From a virus, in the IMG/VR virus record IMGVR_UViG_3300045988_122383, positions 24,896 through 88,895 of that record: a stretch of 64,000 nt of DNA, one strand, 5' to 3'. Below are positions 20,140 to 28,192 of the stretch, in pieces. The position numbers and the translations under genes were made by a program. Below the pieces are notes generated by a model. That model had not been told where the DNA came from. It was given only the letters and a program-made list of their open reading frames with translations, and searched no databases. Numbering within the stretch: position 1 is the stretch's first letter; each line of letters starts with the position of its first letter.

Positions 20140-20613
20140 TTACACCCATGCTCGAATACTACAATGACCCATCTTAAGATAAAAATCATATATATATGTA
20201 CATAATTTTTTCTCATCGTCAAATATCTTGTCAGACATTTGCACCCACCAAGCATGTAATCTTTTCTTTTCTGTATTCAAAACCAGTACAGGAATATGAC
20301 GTTCATATGCAATTGCAATCTCCATAGATGTACCAATGCTTTTCGGATCATTCGCATTTACTACAACAAGATCACTATTTCTAACAAAATTTGTATCAAA
20401 TCTCATTACTTCTTTTTCTGTATCATGCAACTCTGTTTGAAAATTGTAATAATCAACAGGGTTAATAATATTAACTTCTTTCATATTAACATTAAGAATC
20501 CTACGCATAGTAATAATTTGATTGCAAATTCTTTCTCTCCAAGCATTCTGCTCTTCAAACGATAAATCCTGCATACCGCCAGCCAAATAAATCTGAAATA
20601 TATTATTTTGCAT
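20140..20613 (-). CDS. Nucleoside 2-deoxyribosyltransferase-like (NDT/Rcl-fold) protein.
   Basis: N-terminal IYLAGGM and a catalytic-region-like SIGTSMEIAIAYERHIPVLVL, matching the NDT pattern YFAGxxF...D.GxxxExGxA. Confidence 0.55.
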   Translation of the reverse strand: MQNNIFQIYLAGGMQDLSFEEQNAWRERICNQIITMRRILNVNMKEVNIINPVDYYNFQTELHDTEKEVMRFDTNFVRNSDLVVVNANDPKSIGTSMEIAIAYERHIPVLVLNTEKKRLHAWWVQMSDKIFDDEKKLCTYIYDFYLKMGHCSIRAWV

Positions 20614-20941
20614 TTAATTTCTCCTCCACTTTCTTCGTTAAATAATCCAAAATATCTTTATCTGTTTTAAATGCCTGAGTATCTTTCATAATCCTCTCAG
20701 CACTGAGAATACATTGATTCATCTTTTTAAAATTATCCACTGTAATATGTGAGAAGAATCTGGAATCTTCTTTAACAGAGGCAGGATTCTCACCTATCTT
20801 TGTATAATGAAATTCTTCACAGATCAGTAGCATATCTTTACTACTTGGGACTCCACCCATTCTAAATGAAAAATTAACCACATGCTGAATTACTTTTGGA
20901 TTACATTTATTCTGCCAAAAATCTCCAATATGTATATCCAT
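20603..20941 (-). CDS. Hypothetical protein.
   Basis: ORF of 112 aa. Confidence 0.45.
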   Translation of the reverse strand: MDIHIGDFWQNKCNPKVIQHVVNFSFRMGGVPSSKDMLLICEEFHYTKIGENPASVKEDSRFFSHITVDNFKKMNQCILSAERIMKDTQAFKTDKDILDYLTKKVEEKLNAK

Positions 20942-21453
20942 TATTTTCTTTCTCCTTTCACAATATAGGACTCAATCAATCCTTTTCTTAAGCGATCATT
21001 CATGTCCTGAATGGCTTCCTCAATTGTTTTAAATTTACATGAACAAATATGCTCTTTTGTCAAATTAACAAATGAATATGTGCCATCGGATTTGTTCTTA
21101 AAAATAACAACTACTGATTCTTCTCCATTTGGTTTTTTGACAATGAATCGAAGTGAACCTTTTGCTGCTTTATTCGGCTTCTGTTTTTGATATTCAATAC
21201 AGATATTATAATCCGTTCTTGAGCCTCTACGGACTGCATATGCCTTTTTAATCTTATAATCTTCATTGTCTGATGCAACATAATATCCTGCCGTATCATA
21301 TTCTAATTGTTCAATACGCTTCGCATTATCATAAATATTGATATATCCCCAATCCCCAACTCTTGTTTGCATCATTTCTTCAATAAATTTTTTAACGGTA
21401 TATTCCTTGTCAAATTTTACATCACTTTTCAACAAATTAAACATTTCTGCCAC
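20941..21453 (-). CDS. Hypothetical protein.
   Basis: ORF of 170 aa. Confidence 0.45.
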   Translation of the reverse strand: MAEMFNLLKSDVKFDKEYTVKKFIEEMMQTRVGDWGYINIYDNAKRIEQLEYDTAGYYVASDNEDYKIKKAYAVRRGSRTDYNICIEYQKQKPNKAAKGSLRFIVKKPNGEESVVVIFKNKSDGTYSFVNLTKEHICSCKFKTIEEAIQDMNDRLRKGLIESYIVKGERK

Positions 21454-21706
21454 CTACTTTCTTATCAAATGTTTCTTGCAAATTTAACCAGAACTGACCA
21501 TCATCAGCAAACCCATAATGGTCTGCCATTGTTTTCGCAAATTCTTTTGTAACACTTTGTGATCCGTCAATCAACCCTTGAACATAATCAACATCCATGC
21601 CAATTTTACTCGCAAGCTGATAAGGAGTCATCCTGCAAGATTCAACAAATTCTTCTAAGCATTCGCCAGGATGAAAAGCAATTTCGTCTCCAATCTTTAC
21701 ATACAT
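21437..21706 (-). CDS. HigA-family (XRE-type) HTH protein.
   Basis: 89 aa with an HTH segment TPYQLASKIGMDVDYVQGLIDG and the HigA-hallmark C-terminus FGFADDGQFWLNLQ. Its start abuts the stop codon of the nucleotidyltransferase gene. Confidence 0.55.
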   Translation of the reverse strand: MYVKIGDEIAFHPGECLEEFVESCRMTPYQLASKIGMDVDYVQGLIDGSQSVTKEFAKTMADHYGFADDGQFWLNLQETFDKKVGGRNV

Positions 21707-21708
21707 TT

Positions 21709-22542
21709 TTACACCATTCCTCTCACAATTCGTTCATTTGTTGTCATCAAGAAGTTATTGATACGATCCCAGTCTGGTTCGTCTGGCAAATCAGTATTCA
21801 TATAATCATAATCAAATTGATAAAGTAATCCTTCAATAAAAACATCGTATGACTGATTTGGGAAATATTCTGTATGCTCATTGTGTTTGCCAAATCTATA
21901 TGTTTTATGCGTACTATTATATCCTTCTTTGATCTTTACAAGATCTTTTCCTATGTCATCCATAGATCCTAACATTGTTCCGTTATGCAATAATTCAATG
22001 CCCTGTAACAATAATCGAACTGCGTGCATCATTGATTTATTAGCGTATCGTTCCGCCTTTTGCTTTTCTTTCTCTGAATCTTTATTTTTATAATACTTAA
22101 AACTCGTTCGAGTCAGGCAATCACATATATATCCTTTATATGCATGATAAACTCTCTTAGATAAGAACATATCTCTATTTTTGATCAACTCCATACCAAT
22201 ATCGGATACACACAAATAACGGTCTGGCGCAAAATACAACAGTTCTAAATATGTAGGGTTACCTTTTGCAAGCATGTTAATCATCTTAATATGCGAATGT
22301 AACACAGTATCAACATCTTTATGATCGTCTGTCTTTTCAAGATTATTTGGATTATTATTCAACAAAATCTCTCTTTTATCACTAAGGAAAACACCACGTA
22401 AATCAATATCAGAATCCTCTGTATTTGTTCCGTAGGCATAACTTCCACCTAGCGTGAGAAAAGCGATTTTGTGAGGATAATCTCGTAAAAAGTCATACTC
22501 TGGAGACGAGTTTATGTAATCTTTTACTTCTTCAATTGTCAT
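21709..22542 (-). CDS. Pol-beta superfamily nucleotidyltransferase.
   Basis: hG[GS]x9-13Dh[DE]h motif GGSYAYGTNTEDSDIDLRGVF with a downstream acidic KDVDTVL. The start was moved to the ATG at 22542, which has an AGAGGTGAG ribosome-binding site. Confidence 0.55.
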   Translation of the reverse strand: MTIEEVKDYINSSPEYDFLRDYPHKIAFLTLGGSYAYGTNTEDSDIDLRGVFLSDKREILLNNNPNNLEKTDDHKDVDTVLHSHIKMINMLAKGNPTYLELLYFAPDRYLCVSDIGMELIKNRDMFLSKRVYHAYKGYICDCLTRTSFKYYKNKDSEKEKQKAERYANKSMMHAVRLLLQGIELLHNGTMLGSMDDIGKDLVKIKEGYNSTHKTYRFGKHNEHTEYFPNQSYDVFIEGLLYQFDYDYMNTDLPDEPDWDRINNFLMTTNERIVRGMV

Positions 22543-22555
22543 GATCTCACCTCTT

Positions 22556-23089
22556 TTATCCACATAATGCTTTCTTAAACTGTACAATATTTTGACTAAC
22601 CCACTGATGAGTGATTCCAAGCTGACTTGCAATTTGTCTTTGTGTTAAACCTTTCTGCTTTAACGTGATAATCTTTTTATTTCTCGGTGCCAATTTATCA
22701 AACTCATTTTGAAAATGTACCTTTGTAAACACCTCATCCTCTACATTATCTTTACTCATCAGTGTTGTTCCGATTGTAATATCATCTTCTGGTTCGTATC
22801 CTGCCAATGGTGTATCTAACGATTCAGCATTCCTATTCATTTTTTCTGTTAGTCTGTGCCATTTTGTATAATATTGATTCACTTCTGAACGTAATACCCA
22901 GAAGAGATATGTACCAAAAGTTCCTTTAGACTCGTCCCATTTTAATGCTGCTTTACAAATTGCCATACGACCAAGATCCATATATGTATCAAAATCTGTA
23001 AACTTTGTAAAATATTTTTCATGTAAATGCCAAATCAAAGAGTAATTATCTTCAATCAGCCTTCGCTGTTCATCATTTAGTTTCTTCAC
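22556..23089 (-). CDS. Phage RNA polymerase sigma factor (sigma-70 family), paralog 2.
   Basis: N-terminal LNDEQRRLIEDN, a region-2-like FGTYLFWVLRSEV and a region-4 HTH LTQRQIASQLGITHQWVSQNI. Confidence 0.7.
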   Translation of the reverse strand: MKKLNDEQRRLIEDNYSLIWHLHEKYFTKFTDFDTYMDLGRMAICKAALKWDESKGTFGTYLFWVLRSEVNQYYTKWHRLTEKMNRNAESLDTPLAGYEPEDDITIGTTLMSKDNVEDEVFTKVHFQNEFDKLAPRNKKIITLKQKGLTQRQIASQLGITHQWVSQNIVQFKKALCG

Positions 23090-23858
23090 ATCTCTTTGCC
23101 TCCTGTTCTTTAATGAATTTTTGTACTTCCTCTACATAACTTAATTCAAAATATCTTTCAATATACCCGCCCATTGGAACTCCAGTATATTTAAAATTAG
23201 GAATAGTTTCTTTTAGTTGACCACAAACCTCAGATCTAAATGTGTTTGTATATTTTTTCAAATCATTCATGGAATATGTTTGTTTAAAATGTGGCATATC
23301 AAGAGTGTTAAATAGTCTCCATAAAAAATTACTATTTCTATACTTTGTTAATTTAGCATCACGTAATTCATCCATAAAATCTCTCATAAATCGGATTATC
23401 TTATCAACATCTTTTGATGCTAATTCAAATACTAAATTTTCTGATTCATCATAATATGTATAATCATCATATTTTGTATTTGAATAAATCTTGTATACTT
23501 CATTTTTGCCTGATAGATTTGCTGATATATTATCAACATTCAAAACTTTGCCATTTTTCATAACTATTTCATCACTACACAATATCGCAGGAGATGTTAT
23601 AGAAAACTTATCCAATAAAACATATTGAGGGCTCAGATTAAAATGTGGATTATGATCGTCAAAATTACAAAACATCTCCGCTAACTCAATATGATCCTTG
23701 TTTCTCAATGAATTAATTTCTGTCCATTCATCACCAAGACAAATACCACGTACTGTTTTTAAAACCCTTTTTCCATAAATCTCTACATCGGCTTCCCAAT
23801 CTGGGTCTCTATGTTTACTAAAAGCAAGTTCAAATTCTCTTGTATTTTTCCTTGACAT
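23073..23858 (-). CDS. Hypothetical protein.
   Basis: ORF of 261 aa. Confidence 0.45.
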   Translation of the reverse strand: MSRKNTREFELAFSKHRDPDWEADVEIYGKRVLKTVRGICLGDEWTEINSLRNKDHIELAEMFCNFDDHNPHFNLSPQYVLLDKFSITSPAILCSDEIVMKNGKVLNVDNISANLSGKNEVYKIYSNTKYDDYTYYDESENLVFELASKDVDKIIRFMRDFMDELRDAKLTKYRNSNFLWRLFNTLDMPHFKQTYSMNDLKKYTNTFRSEVCGQLKETIPNFKYTGVPMGGYIERYFELSYVEEVQKFIKEQEAKRCEETK

Positions 23859-23861
23859 ACA

Positions 23862-24815
23862 TCACACTCCTAACACATACTTATCACTTCTGAACCCAGC
23901 TGCATTTGGATGACCACCGCCACCATATTTCACAGCAAGCTCATACACATTTACTTTATCCTGTTCTGCGGATCGCAACTGATATTCCCACATACTTCCA
24001 TTGAACGAAAAACCAATGAACATATCATATTTAGAAGCATCAATAGATTCAAAGAAATCATAATTGATTAATGCTCGGTTGATTGCATAGACTTTATGTC
24101 CCTCAAATATGGTTTCAAAACCATATGCTCTAAGATATTGTTCTGCATTTGCTGCTAAATACTCAATAATTGATAAGCCATCTGCTATCATATCACCAAT
24201 AATTTTTGCTGCTTCATAAATTCCTTGATCTTTATTTAACGTGTTTAGCAATGGACTTAACGCATCAAAATCATACGATTCAAATGCATAGTGAAATGCT
24301 TTTACGAATTGTTTTGACGTTTCACCAAAATAAAATGTATCCCACATGGCTGTATATTCTGCCAGTTTTGGATAATCTGCTTTATATTTATATATATTGA
24401 GTAATCTTTTTACATTTTTCTCATCCGTCCTCTCAATTTGCTCCCAATTTTCATCACACATATATTTAAAATATAACCATGCCAAATTCGCTCCTGAAAT
24501 ACCCGCTCCAGTAATTCTGATTCCTTTTACATCACACTTGAAATCTTTATACGCTTCAATCGTAGACTGATGATGGTCGATCCAAAATACATTCTTTGTA
24601 ATACTGAGCAACTGCCACATCTCTTCTGGCTCAATACTGTAGTCTACAATAAACACAAATTCATCCTGCTCAATGTCATGAAACGGGAATTTCATGCCGT
24701 AATTAATTTTTCGGAAGTCTTCTGGTTTAAACTCTAAACCTCGCTGTTCGCAAGCTTTTCTGACATAGAAACCAGATACGATGCCGTCCTGATCAACATG
24801 ATAAAAACATTTCAT
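23862..24815 (-). CDS. DHH-DHHA1 phosphoesterase (NrnA-like oligoribonuclease / pAp-phosphatase family).
   Basis: 317 aa with DHH motifs HVDQDGIVSG, DHHQS and the DHHA1 GGGHPNAAGF. The size matches NrnA. Confidence 0.65.
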   Translation of the reverse strand: MKCFYHVDQDGIVSGFYVRKACEQRGLEFKPEDFRKINYGMKFPFHDIEQDEFVFIVDYSIEPEEMWQLLSITKNVFWIDHHQSTIEAYKDFKCDVKGIRITGAGISGANLAWLYFKYMCDENWEQIERTDEKNVKRLLNIYKYKADYPKLAEYTAMWDTFYFGETSKQFVKAFHYAFESYDFDALSPLLNTLNKDQGIYEAAKIIGDMIADGLSIIEYLAANAEQYLRAYGFETIFEGHKVYAINRALINYDFFESIDASKYDMFIGFSFNGSMWEYQLRSAEQDKVNVYELAVKYGGGGHPNAAGFRSDKYVLGV

Positions 24816-24821
24816 TCTTCT

Positions 24822-25235
24822 TTACCCCTTTCGTTTATTCATTAAGTTAAGAAAATCTGCAACATCCTGCATAGCATGTACGCCAGAATATACTTTAATA
24901 CGATTTTCTTTCAATAAATTTTCGACTGCTTTTAAACTGTGGCTCATCTGCTTAGATTCTTTATTCTTTTGTTCCTGATAGAGATTAAGAAAGATCACTT
25001 TATCTGGTCGCTTATGAGAATCATCAACTACTTCTGCAATACTGTATACTCCTTTAATACCATTCGTAATGCCATACAGAACATAGTCAGATTCTTCTCT
25101 TTCCTTGACTTCCCGCAGTCGGTCTTCTTCACTCCAATTTTTTACGATTGGATTATAATAATCACAATCCAACATCTTCTGTAGCTGGTCTCTCCACTTC
25201 CATCCAGAGCATGTTCCGCCTAAAAACACTTTCAT
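24822..25235 (-). CDS. Small NDT/Rcl(DNPH1)-like fold protein; the assignment is tentative.
   Basis: N-terminal KVFLGGTCSGWKWRD resembles the Rcl YFCGSIRGG motif. The ORF is 137 aa. Confidence 0.35.
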   Translation of the reverse strand: MKVFLGGTCSGWKWRDQLQKMLDCDYYNPIVKNWSEEDRLREVKEREESDYVLYGITNGIKGVYSIAEVVDDSHKRPDKVIFLNLYQEQKNKESKQMSHSLKAVENLLKENRIKVYSGVHAMQDVADFLNLMNKRKG

Positions 25236-25531
25236 TCTTCTTTCTCCTTCACCTTTGCTTTTGATTGATTTGGCTTTTTAACCGATTCAACATATATTTC
25301 CCAGTCATCTGCATATACATCTTCCGCAAGAGGTATCCAAACTTCTGCGTTTTCTTTATCAAATAAAAAAATAATTGAATCTGGCTTATATTCACCCATA
25401 TCATTACACTCAAAATAAACATTAGTTAATTCTGACGAATAAATTTTCAAATACTTTTCCTTTCCCCAAATGCCTCTTCTTATAGTAGTTTTGTCTTTTT
25501 TTATTGCGATCATTGCTTTTATAAAATTCAA
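25232..25531 (-). CDS. Hypothetical protein.
   Basis: ORF of 99 aa. Confidence 0.4.
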   Translation of the reverse strand: MNFIKAMIAIKKDKTTIRRGIWGKEKYLKIYSSELTNVYFECNDMGEYKPDSIIFLFDKENAEVWIPLAEDVYADDWEIYVESVKKPNQSKAKVKEKEE

Positions 25532-25539
25532 TTAATTAT

Positions 25540-25851
25540 TCACCTCTTCCTTTTACTGTTAAAATCCCATCCTTGCTCAACCCAATCATTTGCGAAAATA
25601 TCCTCTTGTGTAGGCAACCATCCCAATGTTATAACTCCATTTTGGTCTCTACATAAGAGTGGTTTCATTTTATATTTTTTATCAAATGGAATAATCTCAT
25701 TTAATTCTTCTTCGCACATCATAAACACATAATCATAAGTTGTTCGTGTCTTCTTCCACGAACTACGACGATACAATTGTCTTGGATTAATTTCCATATT
25801 TTGCATCATCATTTCAAACGACATTCCTTGTTTCTTTTTTGCCATTGGCAT
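25540..25851 (-). CDS. Hypothetical protein.
   Basis: ORF of 103 aa. Confidence 0.4.
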   Translation of the reverse strand: MPMAKKKQGMSFEMMMQNMEINPRQLYRRSSWKKTRTTYDYVFMMCEEELNEIIPFDKKYKMKPLLCRDQNGVITLGWLPTQEDIFANDWVEQGWDFNSKRKR

Positions 25852-26156
25852 TATTTCTCCTTTACAATCTTAACTTTATAACCAAGTTCCTTTTCAATTT
25901 CTGCAACCGTCATTTCTTTTGGCGGTGATAAACTCATATTTAAACTATCAATATCAGATTCCATATTCCAAACGCTTCTGTAGATCAATCGTCCCGTCAA
26001 AATACAAATTGCTTTCTTAACTTCGTCTGCCGTCGGTGGATAATGATCTAATGATGAAATAATATGTTTGTAATTTTCTTCATTCAATAAAACACGTTTA
26101 GAATCGAGGGATGTATTCTCTTCTTCCCGTGATTCAATATATAAGAAGTTGTTCAT
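25851..26156 (-). CDS. Hypothetical protein.
   Basis: ORF of 101 aa. Confidence 0.4.
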   Translation of the reverse strand: MNNFLYIESREEENTSLDSKRVLLNEENYKHIISSLDHYPPTADEVKKAICILTGRLIYRSVWNMESDIDSLNMSLSPPKEMTVAEIEKELGYKVKIVKEK

Positions 26157-26160
26157 TATA

Positions 26161-26334
26161 TCTCTCCTTTCTCAATTTCTTCTTTAATAATTCTATATGC
26201 AAGAGCCTCATCAGACTCTTTGTCATTAATTCCATTTCTTTCTAACAGCCTGTCCAATTCACTGGGACTCAGCCGATCAAAGAATCGTTTTATTTCCTGT
26301 TTACGTTCTTGTCTTGTTTTCATTTTTTGTTTAA
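26161..26334 (-). CDS. Small hypothetical protein of about 58 aa, below the track cutoff.
   Basis: ATG at 26334 with an AAAGGAA ribosome-binding site. Its stop (TAA) overlaps the ATG of the next gene (ATAATGAAC coupling). The translation begins MKTRQERKQEIKRFFDRLSPSELDRLLERNGIND... Confidence 0.35.
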
Positions 26335-26529
26335 ATTCCTTTAGTTCTGTTATTTTTTATAGTTGCCAAACCCCCAAATAACATAAATCCGACAAAATAA
26401 CATAGATTTTAGTGAGTGCTATAACAAACCTCACTTTTGGCGTACTCAAAAACTATTTGAGCAGAATATTTTTATATTCCAAAAACACACCAAATATTTT
26501 AAAATTTTTATTTTGTTTCTTGGTCATAT

Positions 26530-26715
26530 CTACTTCACTTCCTTACCATCTGGCATTATAAATTCCCAATATCCATCACTATTTTCAACTTCTTTTGGTT
26601 CTTCTTTTTTCATTTTCTCCATCAATTTCCGACCTCGCTCAATATCTTCTTTTGTCCAATTTTCTACTTCGTCAATCAAACCTTGCAAAAACTTCAATGA
26701 TTCTTGTTTACTCAT
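26530..26715 (-). CDS. Small hypothetical protein.
   Basis: Start moved to the internal ATG at 26715 (GGAAGG ribosome-binding site), which removes the overlap with the J-domain gene. Confidence 0.4.
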   Translation of the reverse strand: MSKQESLKFLQGLIDEVENWTKEDIERGRKLMEKMKKEEPKEVENSDGYWEFIMPDGKEVK

Positions 26716-27028
26716 GAGTCTTACCTTCCATTTCTTCATATAACTCTCTGAATTTTCTAAAATCATCTGCACTGCCACCATTATCTGGATGACTTTTCTT
26801 CATTGCATACTTCACTGCGTCCTTAACATCTGAACGAGTTTCTTCCTTATTATATGTATCATTTTCTTTGTTGTTAGCATCAGCCATAAACGACATCTTA
26901 TCTAAGATCAAACTTACATTTACCTGCCTCATCCGATCTAACTTTCTTTCGTATCTCAGAAATACAATCGCTCCAACGATACAAAATCCAATCGCATAGC
27001 CAATGACAAACTCAATATTTGCTCCCAT
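26708..27028 (-). CDS. Membrane-anchored J-domain (DnaJ-like) protein.
   Basis: N-terminal transmembrane segment IEFVIGYAIGFCIVGAIVFL and a C-terminal J-domain signature KKSHPDNGGSADDFRKFRELYEEM containing the HPD tripeptide. Confidence 0.5.
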   Translation of the reverse strand: MGANIEFVIGYAIGFCIVGAIVFLRYERKLDRMRQVNVSLILDKMSFMADANNKENDTYNKEETRSDVKDAVKYAMKKSHPDNGGSADDFRKFRELYEEMEGKTHE

Positions 27029-27061
27029 GTCTAATCACCTCCCGTAAATAAAACTCAGATT

Positions 27062-27370
27062 TTACATTTCACTCAGTAATCCTTTTACGATTTCTTTATC
27101 TTCATCTTTAACTTTTTTTGATTTCGTTGTTGCCATGAACTCTAGCCACTCTTTTCTCATTTTCTTTTCATCATCATTTAGGTGTTCGATGACAATTAAT
27201 TGCTTAGGATTAAGTTTGTCGTGACTAGAAATATAGTTATTCCATCCGTCTTTCCAAAACAGCTTGTTTGAGATAACTAATGCATATCCCATCAATGTTT
27301 CTCCATTTACCATTCTTGATCTAAAACACAGATTTCCATTTTCAATGGGATTATTTCTCATATCTTTCAT
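27062..27370 (-). CDS. Hypothetical protein.
   Basis: ORF of 102 aa. Confidence 0.45.
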   Translation of the reverse strand: MKDMRNNPIENGNLCFRSRMVNGETLMGYALVISNKLFWKDGWNNYISSHDKLNPKQLIVIEHLNDDEKKMRKEWLEFMATTKSKKVKDEDKEIVKGLLSEM

Positions 27371-27549
27371 TTTTCATCACCCTCTTCTGGTCTTAACATA
27401 ATGCCAAGACCTGTGCACATACCCGTAAGTTTCTTATCCATTGCCTTAATTCTTTTGTAATTGTAATAGGTCATATATGGTACTCCAATTCCAATTGCTA
27501 CGATTACCATAAACGCCAATACCCAAATTATGTAAAACAAAACGTCCAT
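27367..27549 (-). CDS. Small membrane protein.
   Basis: 60 aa with the hydrophobic segment FYIIWVLAFMVIVAIGIGVPY. Confidence 0.4.
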   Translation of the reverse strand: MDVLFYIIWVLAFMVIVAIGIGVPYMTYYNYKRIKAMDKKLTGMCTGLGIMLRPEEGDEK

Positions 27550-27572
27550 TTTATCTTTCTCCTTTTCTACGA

Positions 27573-27893
27573 CTATTTCCTAAAATCAAACCACCATACT
27601 GTGTAAAAATTCTTCTGAAAATATGTATCGTCTCCATCATCAAGTTCTGTGAAATATTTTCTGCCTCGTTCCTTGACATCGTCTTCATTGAAATAACTAT
27701 ATGCCCATGCAGGAATTGTATAAGATTCTTTATCTTCTAAGCAGAGATTCAACAAATCTTTGACCATCATCTGCAATTCTTCTTCATCATATCCCTGTGT
27801 CATTACGTCAAAATATGGGATATATGCCATATATGGAACTGAGTCATTCTCATCTTTTAGAACTACGACAGGAAATGTTAGATTATAATTCAT
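27573..27893 (-). CDS. HicB-like (UPF0150) protein.
   Basis: Start moved to ATG 27893 (AAGGGAG ribosome-binding site). MNYNLTFPVVVLKDENDSVPYMAYIPYFDVMTQGYDEEELQMMVKDLLNLCLED fits the HicB N-terminal pattern. Confidence 0.35.
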   Translation of the reverse strand: MNYNLTFPVVVLKDENDSVPYMAYIPYFDVMTQGYDEEELQMMVKDLLNLCLEDKESYTIPAWAYSYFNEDDVKERGRKYFTELDDGDDTYFQKNFYTVWWFDFRK

Positions 27894-27993
27894 ATCAGCC
27901 TTACTCCCTTGAACTGTAAATATTATTTTTTCTTCATCGGTTGTATCGTCAGTAAGCGCAAATAGCGAAACATCTCTAAGTGCGTATCTAATA

Positions 27994-28191
27994 TCATTTA
28001 CCCTCTTCCTTCTTATGTTTTTTCTTTTTATATGGTATACAATAATCAGCATAAACCCACAACCATCTATCATCTATATATATTAAGAACGATGCAACTG
28101 CTTCCCCCTCTACGTTGGCAAGATCTCTCCCAGTATGTTTTGTATGTGTTCCATACACTTTGTATGGCTTACCTCTATATAAAACTTTCAT
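27994..28191 (-). CDS. Small hypothetical protein of about 65 aa.
   Basis: ATG at 28191 preceded by GAGGTGGA. It is basic and lysine-rich at the C-terminus. It is not convincingly HicA. Confidence 0.35.
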   Translation of the reverse strand: MKVLYRGKPYKVYGTHTKHTGRDLANVEGEAVASFLIYIDDRWLWVYADYCIPYKKKKHKKEEGK

Positions 28192-28192
28192 A

